From an uncultured Gemmatimonadales bacterium (lineage in GTDB: Bacteria > Gemmatimonadota > Gemmatimonadetes > Gemmatimonadales > GWC2-71-9): a stretch of DNA of 64,000 nucleotides. The notes beneath the pieces are model-generated. The model did no database searches and was not told the DNA's origin. It was given only the letters and a program-made list of their open reading frames with translations. The DNA lies in assembly GCA_963844035.1 (NCBI GenBank), contig CAWJMT010000031.1, positions 1-64,000 of the forward strand. The letters run 5' to 3'. The stretch's first letter is position 1. Every line of letters starts with the position of its first letter. A program made the position numbers and the translations under genes. Shown here piece after piece: positions 18,168 through 31,173 of the stretch.

Positions 18168-18428
18168 TCAGCGCGGTGGCGGCGCGAGCCGCTCGGCATC
18201 GCGCGCCTTGGCCAACAACCGCTCCATGAAGTCCATCCGCTCGACCAGCTCGGCAAGCTCGCGGCGCACCTCCTGCAGCTCAGCCTGCAGGTCTTCCGCC
18301 GCACCGGCGCCCGCCGCCGCCGGACGTCCCCGGATGCGCTCCGCCAGCGCGCGGCCCACCGGCGACACTGATAGAAGGAACAGGGTACCGCCACCAAACA
18401 GCAGGACAACCGCAAGCACGCCTTCCAT
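18168..18428 (-). CDS. Small membrane-anchored coiled-coil protein (PspB-like architecture)
   Basis: N-terminal TM followed by a coiled coil ending LVERMDFMERLL; immediately upstream of pspA. Confidence 0.7.
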   Translation of the reverse strand: MEGVLAVVLLFGGGTLFLLSVSPVGRALAERIRGRPAAAGAGAAEDLQAELQEVRRELAELVERMDFMERLLAKARDAERLAPPPR

Positions 18429-18488
18429 TTCACCACGCTCCCGGTCAGGTCCCGATGGTGGTCCGTCCCTCCAGCTTCAAGCTACGGC

Positions 18489-21329
18489 TCAGTCTCCGGG
18501 CTGCAACACCTTGGCGAGAAATTGGCCGGTCGAGGAGCCGGCCACCCGCGCGAGCGCCTCCGGGGTGCCTGCCCCCACCACGAGGCCGCCGGCGTCGCCG
18601 CCTTCCGGCCCCAGGTCGATCACCCAGTCGGCGGTCTTCACCACGTCGAGGTTGTGCTCGATCACGACCACCGTGTTTCCTTTGTCAACGAGCCGGTGCA
18701 ACACCTCCAGCAGGAGGCGTACATCCTCGAAGTGCAGGCCGGTGGTCGGTTCGTCGAGGATGTACAGGGTGCGGCCTGTGTCACGCTTCGCCAGCTCGGT
18801 CGCGAGCTTGACGCGCTGCGCTTCGCCGCCCGACAGGGTCGTGGCCGACTGGCCGAGGTGGATGTACCCGAGCCCTACGTCGTTCAGCAGGTCCAGTTTC
18901 GTATGAATGCGGGGCTGCGGCTGAAAGAATTCCAGCGCGTCGGACACCATCAGGTCGAGCATGTCCGCGATGCCCTTCCCTTTGTAGCGGACCTCGAGCG
19001 TCTCCCGGTTGTAGCGCCGGCCCTTGCAGACCTCGCACGGCACGTAGACGTCGGGGAGAAAGTGCATCTCGACCTTCACCAGGCCGTCTCCCTGGCACGC
19101 CTCGCAGCGTCCCCCCTTCACGTTGAAGGAGAAGCGCCCCGGGCCATACCCGCGGATCTTGGACTCGGGCAGCTCGGCGAACAGCTCGCGAATCGGCGTG
19201 AACAACCCGGTGTACGTCGCCGGATTGGACCGGGGCGTGCGGCCGATGGGGCTCTGGTCGATGTCGATCACCTTGTCGATGTGCGCCAGACCCTCGATGC
19301 GGTCGTGCACGCCGGGCATCACCTTCGCGCGGTAAAAATGCCGGGCCAGGGCCTGGTACAGAATGTCGGTGACGAGCGTGGATTTCCCCGAGCCCGACAC
19401 GCCGGTGACCGCGATAAAGGTGCCGAGCGGGAAATCGACCGTGAGATTCTTGAGGTTGTGGTGGCGCGCACCCACCACACGGAGCATCCGCTCCGGGTCG
19501 ACCCGCCGCCGGACCCCCGGCACCGGGATGCGCAGCTCGCCGCGCAGGTACCGCGCCGTGAGAGACTCGGGGTGCGCCAGCACATCGGCCAGTGTTCCGG
19601 CGGCGACCACCTCACCCCCATGGCGCCCGGCCCGCGGCCCGAGATCCACGACGTAGTCCGCCTCGCGGATCGTGTCCTGGTCGTGCTCGACCACCAGGAC
19701 GGTATTCCCGAGATCGCGCAGTTCTTTCAAGGTCGCGAGCAGCCGCGCGTTGTCGCGCTGGTGCAGGCCGATCGATGGCTCGTCCAGGATGTACAGCACG
19801 CCCACCAGCCGGCTCCCGATCTGGGTGGCGAGGCGAATCCGCTGCGTCTCACCGCCGGAGAGCGACGCGGCCGACCGGCCCAGCGTCAGGTAGGCGAGGC
19901 CGACGTCCTTCAGGAACCGCAGCCGGTCGTTGACCTCCTTGAGAATCGGGCCCGCGATCTCGCGATCGAGGCCGGGCCCCCGGTCGGACCGCAGCACCAA
20001 CCCGTCGAAGAAGCGGACCGCGTCTTCCACCGACAGCTCCACCACGTCGCCGAGGCTCTTCCCGCCCACGAGTACTCCCAGGCTCTCCGGACGCAGCCGT
20101 TTCCCCTGGCAGTCGGGACAGGGTTGCTCGACCATGAACTCCTCGAGCTGCGCGCGCACGCTGTCCGACGCCGTCTCGCGATAGCGGCGCTCGATATGGC
20201 GCAGGACTCCCTCCCACGTCGATTGATACTCACCGTGGGCGCGCGCGCTGTCGTACTGATACGTGAGCGTGCGGCCGGCCACCCCGTTCAGCAGCGCCTT
20301 GCGCACCGGCGCCGGGAGGTCCTGCCACGGCGCTTCGAGGTTGAACTTGAACGTTCGCGCGAGGGTCGGGAGGATCACTTTCCGGAGGTAGCCACTCGGC
20401 TCACCCCAGGGGAGAATCACCCCTTCCAGAATCGAGAGGCTCGGGTCGCCGAGCACCAGGTCGGTGGCGACCTCGCGCCGCGTGCCAAGTCCGGAGCAGG
20501 TGGGACACGCTCCGAACGGCGAGTTGAACGAGAACTGCCGCGGCTCGAGCTCGGGAAGTGAGAGCCCGCAGGTGGGACAGGCGTACCGCTCGGAGAACAT
20601 CGTCGTCTTCCCCGGACGTACGACCTCCACGACCCCGTCCGCTGCCTTGAGCGCCGTTTCGATCGAGTCGGCCAACCGGCTGCGATCCGAGGCCCGGATC
20701 ACGAGCCGGTCCACCACGACGGCGATCGTGTGATTCTGGCGACGGTTCAGCTTCGGGACTGCCGAGAGATCGTGGATCTCGCCGTCCACGCGGACCCGCA
20801 CGAAGCCGCGCTTCCGGGCCGACTCGAACACGTCGCGGAACTCGCCCTTACGCCCGCGCACCAGCGGCGCGAGGATCTCGACCTTCGTCCCCTCGGGCCA
20901 TGCGAGCACGAGATCGGTGATCTGCGAGGCGCTCTGACGCGCGATCGGGGAGCCGTCGTTGGGGCAGTGCGGCGTGCCGAGGCGCGCCCACAGGAGCCGC
21001 AGGTAGTCGTAGACCTCGGTGATCGTGCCGACGGTGGAGCGCGGATTGGCGCCGGCGGTCTTCTGCTCGATCGAAATCGCCGGGGAGAGACCTTCGATCG
21101 CGTCGACGTCGGGCTTCTCCATCAGCCCGAGGAACTGCCGGGCGTACGCCGACAACGACTCCACGTAGCGCCGCTGGCCTTCTGCATAGATCGTGTCGAA
21201 CGCCAGCGAGGATTTGCCCGACCCGGAGAGACCCGTAATCACGGTGAGGGTATGCCGGGGGATCTCGACCGAGATGTTCTTGAGGTTGTGCTCGCGGGCG
21301 CCGCGGACGATGAGCGTGTCGCTGGACAT
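18489..21329 (-). CDS. uvrA: Excinuclease ABC subunit A
   Basis: [27 protein letters not shown], two LSGGE signatures, zinc fingers. Confidence 0.97.
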   Translation of the reverse strand: MSSDTLIVRGAREHNLKNISVEIPRHTLTVITGLSGSGKSSLAFDTIYAEGQRRYVESLSAYARQFLGLMEKPDVDAIEGLSPAISIEQKTAGANPRSTVGTITEVYDYLRLLWARLGTPHCPNDGSPIARQSASQITDLVLAWPEGTKVEILAPLVRGRKGEFRDVFESARKRGFVRVRVDGEIHDLSAVPKLNRRQNHTIAVVVDRLVIRASDRSRLADSIETALKAADGVVEVVRPGKTTMFSERYACPTCGLSLPELEPRQFSFNSPFGACPTCSGLGTRREVATDLVLGDPSLSILEGVILPWGEPSGYLRKVILPTLARTFKFNLEAPWQDLPAPVRKALLNGVAGRTLTYQYDSARAHGEYQSTWEGVLRHIERRYRETASDSVRAQLEEFMVEQPCPDCQGKRLRPESLGVLVGGKSLGDVVELSVEDAVRFFDGLVLRSDRGPGLDREIAGPILKEVNDRLRFLKDVGLAYLTLGRSAASLSGGETQRIRLATQIGSRLVGVLYILDEPSIGLHQRDNARLLATLKELRDLGNTVLVVEHDQDTIREADYVVDLGPRAGRHGGEVVAAGTLADVLAHPESLTARYLRGELRIPVPGVRRRVDPERMLRVVGARHHNLKNLTVDFPLGTFIAVTGVSGSGKSTLVTDILYQALARHFYRAKVMPGVHDRIEGLAHIDKVIDIDQSPIGRTPRSNPATYTGLFTPIRELFAELPESKIRGYGPGRFSFNVKGGRCEACQGDGLVKVEMHFLPDVYVPCEVCKGRRYNRETLEVRYKGKGIADMLDLMVSDALEFFQPQPRIHTKLDLLNDVGLGYIHLGQSATTLSGGEAQRVKLATELAKRDTGRTLYILDEPTTGLHFEDVRLLLEVLHRLVDKGNTVVVIEHNLDVVKTADWVIDLGPEGGDAGGLVVGAGTPEALARVAGSSTGQFLAKVLQPGD

Positions 21330-21337
21330 AGCCTCGT

Positions 21338-21404
21338 AGCCTAGACGGCTAACGGTTCCCAGGTCAACTCCTCTCTTGCCCATCTCCCATCCTTTCCCTA
21401 CGTT
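21338..21404. promoter_or_regulatory. Back-to-back promoters for uvrA (-) and the cutA operon (+)
   Basis: Minus TTGACC-N18-TAGGCT; plus TTGCCC(21376)-N17-TACGTT(21399). Confidence 0.55.
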
Positions 21405-21414
21405 AGCCTCCCCC

Positions 21415-21738
21415 ATGGAGCGCTCCGCGCTGGTGGTGTTGACCACCTTGAGTAGCGAGGCGGATGCGCGCCAGCTGGTGAGCGCGCTGCTCCAGGCCCG
21501 CTGCATCGCGTGCGGCACGCTGCTCCCCGGCGCCCGCTCGATGTACCGTTGGGAAGGCGAGATGAAGGAAGAGACCGAGGTGGTCGTGCTGCTCAAGACC
21601 GACGTGTCGAGATGGGAGGCGTTGGTGGCCGCGATTCAACAGTTGCATCCCTACGAAGTACCCGAGCTGTTGGCGCTGCCCGTGGAGCGCGGGCTCGACT
21701 CCTACCTGTCGTGGCTCGCGAGCGAGGTGGCGCCATGA
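21415..21738 (+). CDS. cutA: Divalent-cation tolerance protein CutA
   Basis: [18 protein letters not shown]...LLKT...[14 protein letters not shown]...YLSWL. Confidence 0.92.
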   Translation: MERSALVVLTTLSSEADARQLVSALLQARCIACGTLLPGARSMYRWEGEMKEETEVVVLLKTDVSRWEALVAAIQQLHPYEVPELLALPVERGLDSYLSWLASEVAP

Positions 21739-22477
21739 TCCGCAAGCGCGAGCCCCGGTGGCAGTCGGCCGCCGAGCGGGCCCAGGTGGCGGCGGAGTTA
21801 ATGGAAGAAGCGGAGTCGCTCACCGCCCGCGGGATCGCAACGCCCGCCGAGGTGTGGCGGGCCCAACTGCCCCCGCCGTTGCAGTGTGGACCTCGCACGC
21901 CGCGCCGGCGCGCCCGCGGACCTTCTCGCGCCGATGCGCCCCCCTCCTCCGCCGCCCCGCGCCGCCGGCACTCGCGCCGCATTTGGCGGCCCACGAGGCG
22001 GCTGCCCGCGGTGACCGAGACGGTGCCCTGGCGCTGCTCAACGTGTCGCTCGCGGCTGCGCCCGAGGACCCACGGCTGCTGCTCGAGCGCGCGGCTGTGC
22101 TCACCGCCAGCGGCCGCTACGCGGGCGCACGGCGTGATCTCGAGCGTGTGCTGTTTGCCGAGCCCGGCCATATCGACGCGCTCATGACCCTCGGCGTGCT
22201 GTTGTCGCGGCGCGGTCTCTGGAACGAAGGCGTGACCTACATCCGGCGTGCCGTAGAGCTGCAGCCCGGGTACGCGGACGGCTGGTACCAGCTGGGCGAG
22301 TCGTTGAACCACCTCGACCACCTCAGCGAGGCGCGCGCCGCCTACGAGCGTGCCATCGAGCTCGAACCCCAGCATTCCCGCGCGATGTACGGTCTGGGGA
22401 TCGTGCTCGACCGCCTGAAGCGGCCGGATGACGCCATCCGCATGTATCGGCGTTCTCGGGAGGCAGCCGGCCGGTGA
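21735..22477 (+). CDS. Tetratricopeptide repeat protein (frameshift about 21890-21950)
   Basis: Several TPR units (AVELQPGYADGWYQLG, YERAIELEPQHSRAMYGLG); ATGA overlap with cutA. Confidence 0.8.
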
Positions 22478-22989
22478 TTCGGGTGGTGGTGGACGACCTC
22501 GCGTTCCTCGAGACGGACGCGATCGTTCGTCCCGCCACCGCCCGCCTCGATCCCACCACCCCAGCGGTTCGCCGCCTCGAGACAATCGGCGGCGCGGAGT
22601 TCCTCAACCAGCTGCACCTCCAGAAGGAACTCGCCGTCGGCGCGGCGGTCGTGACCGCGGGTGGCGGCGGCTTGCCGGCCGAGTTCGTCATCCACGCCGT
22701 GATCCAGAGCGACACCGAGCCCGTGACCCGCGAGGCGGTCGCCCGTGCGTGGCTCTCGGCCCTCGAACGGGCGCGGGAATGGGAGTTCGACCGTCTCACC
22801 GTTCCCCCGATCGGGATCGGAGCGGGCAACCTCGCCCTGGAAGACGCGGCCTCGATCATGGCCGCGGTGCTCAAGGCGCATATCGGAGAGGCGCCCTACC
22901 CGTCCGACGTCCGGATCGTGGTCGAGACGCCGGAGGATCGCGAGGCGTTCGAGGCGGCGCTCCGGATCGCCGGAGCCGCCCAGTCGTGA
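22474..22989 (+). CDS. Macro domain protein (divergent)
   Basis: DDLAFLETDAIV...AVVTAGGGLPAEFVIHAV...VPPIGIGAG macrodomain pattern. Confidence 0.85.
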   Translation: MIRVVVDDLAFLETDAIVRPATARLDPTTPAVRRLETIGGAEFLNQLHLQKELAVGAAVVTAGGGGLPAEFVIHAVIQSDTEPVTREAVARAWLSALERAREWEFDRLTVPPIGIGAGNLALEDAASIMAAVLKAHIGEAPYPSDVRIVVETPEDREAFEAALRIAGAAQS

Positions 22990-24522
22990 CCCGCCGGCGT
23001 TGGGGGGTGGTGATCCTCACCGCGTGGGCCGTGTCGGTTGCATGGCTCGTGAAACGCGAGTTCTTCCGGACCACCGGCGAGCGGCTCGCCGAAGCGGCGC
23101 TCTCGGTTCCCCCCGGCACCGTGTACTACCGGTTTGATCAAGCGGGGCAGCAGGTGGGGTTTGCCTCCACCACCATCGATACCGTGGGGACGCTGTTGGA
23201 CGTGATCGACATACGTCTGCTCGAGTTCCCTGTGCTGGGCAAGCTGCATCGCACCCGGGTGCGCAGCCGCGCCATCGTGAACCGCGCGTTCCGCCTCCAG
23301 ACCCTCGACGTCGTCTACGACGCCGACGAAGGCCACCTGGTGGCGCGTGGGCAAGTCCAGGGCGACTCCGTGCTGCGGATGACGCTCACGTATGCGGGCG
23401 ACTCCCAGACGACGCGCCTCACGCTGCGCCAGCCGATCGTGCTGACGACGCTGCTCCCCTTACGCCTCGCGTTCGGCGGCGCCTTCAAGGAAGGGCGGAA
23501 AGTCGAGACCAGCGTGTTCGATCCGGTCCGGCTCGCCCTGCGTGATGTGCGCGTGACCGTGGTGGCCGAGTCGACCCTGATCGTGCCCGACAGCGCGGGC
23601 TTCGACTCCACCACCATGGCGTGGGCTCCCGTGCATTACGACACCGTGCGGGCGTTCCAAATCGAGGAGCAGTCGGAGGGACTGGCGACGACGACGTGGA
23701 TCGACGCACAGGGCCACGTGGTACGGGTGGCCGGCCCGGTCGGCCTCACCATGGAACGCACCGAGTGGGAGATCGCCTACCAGAACTTCCGGCAGGCGCG
23801 ATGTCACGCGACTGGTGCGCGCCAGCGCCGATCCTGGGCGTGGTGCCGTGATCCCGACAACCGCGCTCGCGGCCGGCGCGGCGCTCCCCACCCGGGTGCG
23901 GGCCGAGTACCGGGCCGTGCTCTCGGGGGCGGACCTCCGGGGCCTGGTGCTCGCGGGAGGCCGCCAGGAGTTCTCCGGCGACACGCTGATCGTGCGCCGG
24001 GAGTCGACGACCGCGCTCGTCGCGGCGTTCCAGCTTCCGGCCCGCGAGCCGCGGTTCGCGCCATGGCTCGAGCCGGAGCCCCTGATCCAGAGCGGCGACC
24101 CCGCCATCCGCACCGCGGCGCACCAGATCCTGGGGGACGAGACCGATCCCGCGCGCGCGGCCGAACGCCTGACGCATTGGGTGGCGGCGAACGTGCGCAA
24201 GGCGGCCGGCGTGGGGATGCCGAACGCGATCCGCGTGCTGCGGCAGCGCCGCGGCGACTGCAACGAGTTTACCGTCCTGTACGTCGCGCTGGCGCGGGCG
24301 GCGGGCCTGCCCGCGCGGTCGGTCGCGGGGCTCTTGGAATCGGGCGGGCGCTTCTACTATCACGCGTGGCCCGAAGTGTACCTGGGACGGTGGGTGGCGG
24401 TGGATCCGCTGCTCGACCAGTTCCCCGCGGATGCGGCCCATCTCCGATTCGCGGTCGGTAGTCTGGCGCGGCACGTCCAGTTGATTCGCTATCTCGGACG
24501 CCTGAAGGTCGAGGGGTTATGA
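22986..24522 (+). CDS. Membrane-anchored transglutaminase-like protein (frameshift about 23800)
   Basis: N-terminal TM; triad GDCNEF / YHAWPEVY / WVAVDP. Confidence 0.88.
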
Positions 24523-25284
24523 TCCGGCTCGAGCAACTCACCAAGTTGTACGGCAGCTTCGTGGCGGTCGACGACATCTCCCTCGAGATCCGCAAGGGTG
24601 AGCTGTTCGGGCTTGTTGGGACCCAACGGAGCCGGCAAGACCACGACCCTGCGGATGATGGCCGGAATCCTGCGGCCGAACGGCGGGCGCGTGTGGATCG
24701 GGGAGGACGACGTGCACGCAAACCCGATTGCGGCCAAGCAACAGCTCGGCTTCATCCCCGATCGGCCGTTCGTATACGACAAGCTGACCGGCGCGGAATT
24801 TCTGCGCTTTGTCGCCGGGCTGTACGGACAGGACGGCCCGGGCGTCGAGCGGCGCATGAACGAGCTGCTCGAGGTGTTCGAGCTGATGAGCTGGAAGGAC
24901 GAGCTGGTCGAAGCGTACAGCCACGGCATGCGCCAGAAGCTCATCATCTCGAGCGCCCTGATTCACCGGCCGGCGTGCATCGTGGTGGACGAGCCGATGG
25001 TGGGACTCGACCCCAAGGCCGCGCGCCTGCTGAAGGACATCTTCCGCCAGTTCGTCGAGAAGGGCGGGACGGTCGTGATGAGCACGCACACCCTCGAGGT
25101 GGCCGAGGCGATGTGCGACCGGGTGGCGATCGTCCAGCACGGCAAGATCGTGGCGAACGGCACCGTCGCCGAAATCCGCCAGCAGAATCGCGCCGGGGAT
25201 GCGAGCCTGGAAGACCTGTTCCTGAAACTCACCGGCGGCGCCCATGTCCGCGATCTGATCGAAGTACTGGGCGGGAATCCATGA
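24519..25284 (+). CDS. ABC transporter ATP-binding protein (frameshift about 24605)
   Basis: GPNGAGKTT, YSHGMRQK, VVDEP, STH. Confidence 0.92.
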
Positions 25285-26972
25285 AACAGCCGTCGATCCT
25301 GAACGTCCTCCAGCCCAAGTGGCGCACGATCCTGCAACGCGTGCGCGAGGAGCGGGCCCGCGGCGGCCGCGGCAAGCTCATCATTCTCGTGACGGTGGGC
25401 TGCGTCTTCTGGATCGCCGTATTCGGCGTGCTGTACCGCATCCTCAAGTATTTCCGCGGCGTCGAGGAGCTGGGCCCGCTGCTCGCCGGCAAGCTGCTCG
25501 GCCTGGTGTTCCTCTCGTTCATCTCGATCCTCGTGCTCTCGAACGTGATCACGGCCCTGTCGAGCTTCTTTCTCGCCAAAGATCTCGACCTGCTCATCTC
25601 GGCGCCGGTGGACTGGCTCCGGCTCTATCTCGGGAAGCTCACCGAGACGCTGGTGCACTCCTCGTGGATGGTGGGGTTGATGGCCGTACCGATCCTCGCG
25701 GCGTACGGCGTGATCTATCGCGGCGGCGTGTGGTTCGTGCCGTTCGCGGTGCTGGCGTTCGTCCCCATGCTGGTGGTGCCCGCGGTGATCGGCTCGGCAC
25801 TCACGCTCGTGCTCGTGAACCTGTTCCCCGCCCGCCGCACCCGCGATCTGCTGTCGCTCGTCGCCATCTTCGCGGCCGGCGGGGTGATCCTGCTGTTCCG
25901 GATCATCCGTCCCGAGCGCCTCGCGTCACCGGAAGGGTTCCGCAACCTGCTGGACTTCATCACGGTGCTGCGCACGCCGACCTCGCCGTTCCTGCCGAGC
26001 GAGTGGACCACCAACGCGATCATGAGCTTCCTGTTGGGGCGTCCCGATCCCCTGCCCCTCGTGCTGCTGTGGACGACGGCGGCGGCGTTCGTGACCCTCG
26101 GCGCCTGGCTGCATCGCGAGCTGTTCGCCACCGGATTCACCAAGGCACAGGAAGGGGCGGAGCGGTTCGTGCGGGGCGGCATGTGGAGCTGGACCGTCGG
26201 AACGCTGCTCAAATCTCTGCCGGTGGCCAAGCGGGAGTTCGTGCTCAAAGACATCAAGCTGTTCTTCCGCGATGCAAGCCAGTGGAGCCAGTTGATCCTG
26301 TTGGCGGTGCTGGTGGTCGTGTACCTCTTCAACATCAAGGCGCTGCCGCTGCACCGGGGCGAGGAGGTGGGGTTCTTCTACGTGACGCTGGTGTCGTTCT
26401 TGAACCTCGGCCTGGCGGGGTTCGTGCTGGCGTCGATCGCCGCGCGGTTCATTTTCCCGGCCGTGTCACTCGAGGGCCGGCACATGTGGCTGTTGCGCTC
26501 GAGCCCGCTCGATCTGCGCGCGCTCTTGTGGTCCAAGTACTGGGTCGGCACGCTCCCCCTGCTCGTGCTCGCCCTGCTGCTCACCGGCCTCACCAACGTG
26601 CTGCTGCGGGTCGGGCCGTTCATGATGGTCCTGGGGCTGGTGACGATCTGCGGCCTCACGTTCGCGATCGCGGCGATGGCGCTGGGGTTCGGCGCGCTGT
26701 ACCCGCAGTTCGAAACGGAGAACGCGGCGCAGATTCCGACGTCGTTCGGCGGGCTGGTGTACATGATGGCCACGGTGGCGCTGCTCGGCGCCGTCATCTT
26801 CGCGCTGTGGCAGGCCGTGTATGTGTACGTCCGGGCCGTGTACCAGCGGGTGCCGGTGGGGGTCGACTCCGGAATGATCTTCTGGTTTGCCGTCGCCGCC
26901 GGGTTTTGCGCGCTGGCGACGGTGGTCCCGCTCCGCGTGGGGTTGCGGAAGATGGAAACGTTCGAGTTCTAG
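25281..26972 (+). CDS. Putative ABC exporter permease, multi-TM
   Basis: Many hydrophobic helices; DLDLLISAPV, SLEGRHMWLLRSSP; ATGA overlap with the ATPase. Confidence 0.85.
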   Translation: MKQPSILNVLQPKWRTILQRVREERARGGRGKLIILVTVGCVFWIAVFGVLYRILKYFRGVEELGPLLAGKLLGLVFLSFISILVLSNVITALSSFFLAKDLDLLISAPVDWLRLYLGKLTETLVHSSWMVGLMAVPILAAYGVIYRGGVWFVPFAVLAFVPMLVVPAVIGSALTLVLVNLFPARRTRDLLSLVAIFAAGGVILLFRIIRPERLASPEGFRNLLDFITVLRTPTSPFLPSEWTTNAIMSFLLGRPDPLPLVLLWTTAAAFVTLGAWLHRELFATGFTKAQEGAERFVRGGMWSWTVGTLLKSLPVAKREFVLKDIKLFFRDASQWSQLILLAVLVVVYLFNIKALPLHRGEEVGFFYVTLVSFLNLGLAGFVLASIAARFIFPAVSLEGRHMWLLRSSPLDLRALLWSKYWVGTLPLLVLALLLTGLTNVLLRVGPFMMVLGLVTICGLTFAIAAMALGFGALYPQFETENAAQIPTSFGGLVYMMATVALLGAVIFALWQAVYVYVRAVYQRVPVGVDSGMIFWFAVAAGFCALATVVPLRVGLRKMETFEF

Positions 26973-27451
26973 AGCGGGACGCTCAGTCCGCCCTGGATCT
27001 GGAACGTCGTGCCGTTGCCGAAGATCAGCCGCGCTTCCGCGTAGGGCCGCAGGTTCCCGCGCCGTCCCTCGACGCCCGCGAACAGGTTCACATTCGTGTC
27101 CGTCTCGGTCTGGTGCGTGAGGTTGATGCCGCCCCCGATGTAGCCGTTGCGATTCGCCACTTGCGGCCGCAGGCGCGCATCGAAGTTCAGCATCCAGAGC
27201 GTCTGGTCGGTGAAGTACCAGTCGAAGGAAGGATAGAAGTCGACCTTCTTGGCGACGGGAATCGCCAGCTGCGCGCCGGCGAAGGCGACCTCCGCATCGA
27301 AGTTGTAGCCCGCGTGCCCGCCGATCTCAGGGCGCGCGGCCGCCCCACCCCCTCGACCCCTGCGCCCGCCGCGCCGCTGTGCATCCGCCGCCGTGGTGAC
27401 GACGGCGAGGGCCAGGAACGCAACCAGGATCTTCAGGGCAAGCGATTTCAC
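26969..27451 (-). CDS. Outer membrane beta-barrel protein
   Basis: Signal peptide ending ADA|Q; alternating beta-strand pattern; PYAEARLIF...IQGGLSVPL. Confidence 0.7.
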   Translation of the reverse strand: MKSLALKILVAFLALAVVTTAADAQRRGGRRGRGGGAAARPEIGGHAGYNFDAEVAFAGAQLAIPVAKKVDFYPSFDWYFTDQTLWMLNFDARLRPQVANRNGYIGGGINLTHQTETDTNVNLFAGVEGRRGNLRPYAEARLIFGNGTTFQIQGGLSVPL

Positions 27452-27565
27452 ACGCGTCTCCTCAAGGGGGAACAAGGGCACACTGATAGGAAATCCGGGC
27501 GGGAAAATCAAGGTCACACGGCACACAGATTCGGGACCTACGACGGCGCCGGCGTTTGCGAGGGG

Positions 27566-28063
27566 TTACGCCGCGACGCGCGTCCCGCACCCGTTGCAGT
27601 AGCGAGCCTCGCGCTCGAGCGGGGCGCCACAGTGAATGCAATAACCTGGCGCCGTCCCCAGCCGCCGGCCGCAGTCGGAACAGAAGACGGCGTCGGGCTC
27701 GGGACGGGGACCGTGTGTCGGACAGACGGGACGGGAGACGGGTGACGGGTGACGGGGGGATGTCGCAACACGGGCCTCCTCGGCGCGCGACGCCGCGAGC
27801 GCCTCCTCCGTGTACTTCGCTTTCAGCCCATCGTAGTCCGAGTCCGAGAGCTTCCCGGTAGCGCGATCGAACTCGATTTCGCGCAACGCGCGCACTGCAA
27901 CCGCGCGTTTTGAGAAATCATCGTCGGGATCGTCGCCTTCGTCCTCGAGCGCAAACCCCGGCGCGACGCCCTGGGACTCGAGCCCCGGCCGGAAAATCGG
28001 CAGGAGCACGAACCATACGGTCGCGGCGGCGAACAGCACGCCGACGACGAATTCAATCAACAC
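27566..28063 (-). CDS. CcmI-like membrane protein with C-terminal zinc ribbons
   Basis: N-terminal TM, ALREIEFDRATGKLSDSDY, CPTH/CSDCG/CIHCG/CNGCG; follows ccmH. Confidence 0.7.
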   Translation of the reverse strand: MLIEFVVGVLFAAATVWFVLLPIFRPGLESQGVAPGFALEDEGDDPDDDFSKRAVAVRALREIEFDRATGKLSDSDYDGLKAKYTEEALAASRAEEARVATSPRHPSPVSRPVCPTHGPRPEPDAVFCSDCGRRLGTAPGYCIHCGAPLEREARYCNGCGTRVAA

Positions 28064-28067
28064 CGCT

Positions 28068-28640
28068 TCAGTCCGGGTACTGGCGGAGCTCGCGGTTCAG
28101 CCGCTCGAGCTCTTCGGGAGAGGCGACGACCGGGGGGGCGCTGATCCCAACGGGCGCCGGCGTGGCGCTGCGCGTCCAGCGCCGCAACACCATGAAGAGC
28201 AGCGCCGCCGCCACGAGGATCAGCACCCCGGGCGTGAAATAGCCCGCGAGATTGAACCCTTTCTTCGGGGGCGCCATGAGAATGGAAAGCCCGTTTTCAC
28301 TCACGAACGCGTCGAGGATCTCCTGCGCGCTCTTGCCTTGATCCTCGAGCGCGAGCACCCGCTGGTGCATCTCGGGGCTGGTCGTGCACGTGAAGTCGGT
28401 GGTGCGGCAGGTATACACGTCGAGACTGCACCCGCAGGTGCAGCGCAGCTTCTTCTCGATCGCCTGCGTCGCCTCGGCGTTGTCCCGCGCGGTGACAGGC
28501 GGGAGCGGCCGGCCGGCGCGAGCCGGATCCCAGAGCTTGCCGGAGTTGTGGAGGGAATCGGGAGTCTGGGCGGGAAGGCGGGAAGCCGGGAGGGCGGGAA
28601 GCAAAAGCAGTCCCGCGGCAAGGGTAATGCACCCGCGCAT
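28068..28640 (-). CDS. ccmH: Cytochrome c biogenesis protein CcmH
   Basis: IEKKLRCTCGC...GKSAQEILDAFVSENGLSILMAPP plus C-terminal TM. Confidence 0.82.
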   Translation of the reverse strand: MRGCITLAAGLLLLPALPASRLPAQTPDSLHNSGKLWDPARAGRPLPPVTARDNAEATQAIEKKLRCTCGCSLDVYTCRTTDFTCTTSPEMHQRVLALEDQGKSAQEILDAFVSENGLSILMAPPKKGFNLAGYFTPGVLILVAAALLFMVLRRWTRSATPAPVGISAPPVVASPEELERLNRELRQYPD

Positions 28641-28684
28641 CAACCTTACCGCCTTCCCGCCCTCCCGCCTTCCCGCTCCCGCCT

Positions 28685-28685
<1 letters not shown>
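28568..28685. repeat. Palindromic octamer repeat (GGCGGGAA)n/(TTCCCGCC)n straddling the ccmH start
   Basis: Arms at 28568-28601 (inside the ccmH signal region) and 28645-28685 (intergenic). Confidence 0.75.
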
Positions 28686-30707
<2,022 letters not shown>

Positions 30708-31118
30708 CTAGGCTTTAGGAACCGCTTCGTAGCGCGAGCCGCACTTGGCGAGCACGTTGGTCGCGTAGATGACGCCATCGGACTTGAGGCGACCTTCCAC
30801 CACGACCTCCACCGAGTCAGTGAAGGTGTCGGGCGGCAGCCCGTGGAACGTCACCGGATAGGTGGCGGCACCGTCACTGATGTGGAAGCGGAGCGTCTGG
30901 GTCGCGACGTCCTTGGTCACCGTCCCGCGCACCACGTGCGCGCCCACCTTCATGCCCACGTTCATGAACGAGGGGTCGCCCGCGACCTTGCGCGACAGCT
31001 CGGTGGGCGTAAGGAAGTACTGCCCTGTCTGCTTGATCCCTGAGGCCATCAGGTAGCCGACCGACCCGACGATCAGCACGGCTCCGATGACGAATTTGGT
31101 ACCGGCGGTGGTTTTCAT
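30708..31118 (-). CDS. ccmE: Heme chaperone CcmE (CxxxY variant)
   Basis: N-terminal TM, YFLTPTE, PPDTF...VVVEG...VLAKCGSRYE. Confidence 0.9.
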   Translation of the reverse strand: MKTTAGTKFVIGAVLIVGSVGYLMASGIKQTGQYFLTPTELSRKVAGDPSFMNVGMKVGAHVVRGTVTKDVATQTLRFHISDGAATYPVTFHGLPPDTFTDSVEVVVEGRLKSDGVIYATNVLAKCGSRYEAVPKA

Positions 31119-31173
31119 AGTTCTGAATGATACATCCGTTTCGGGAGTATGTTGCCTGTCGGGAGCCCTGATT

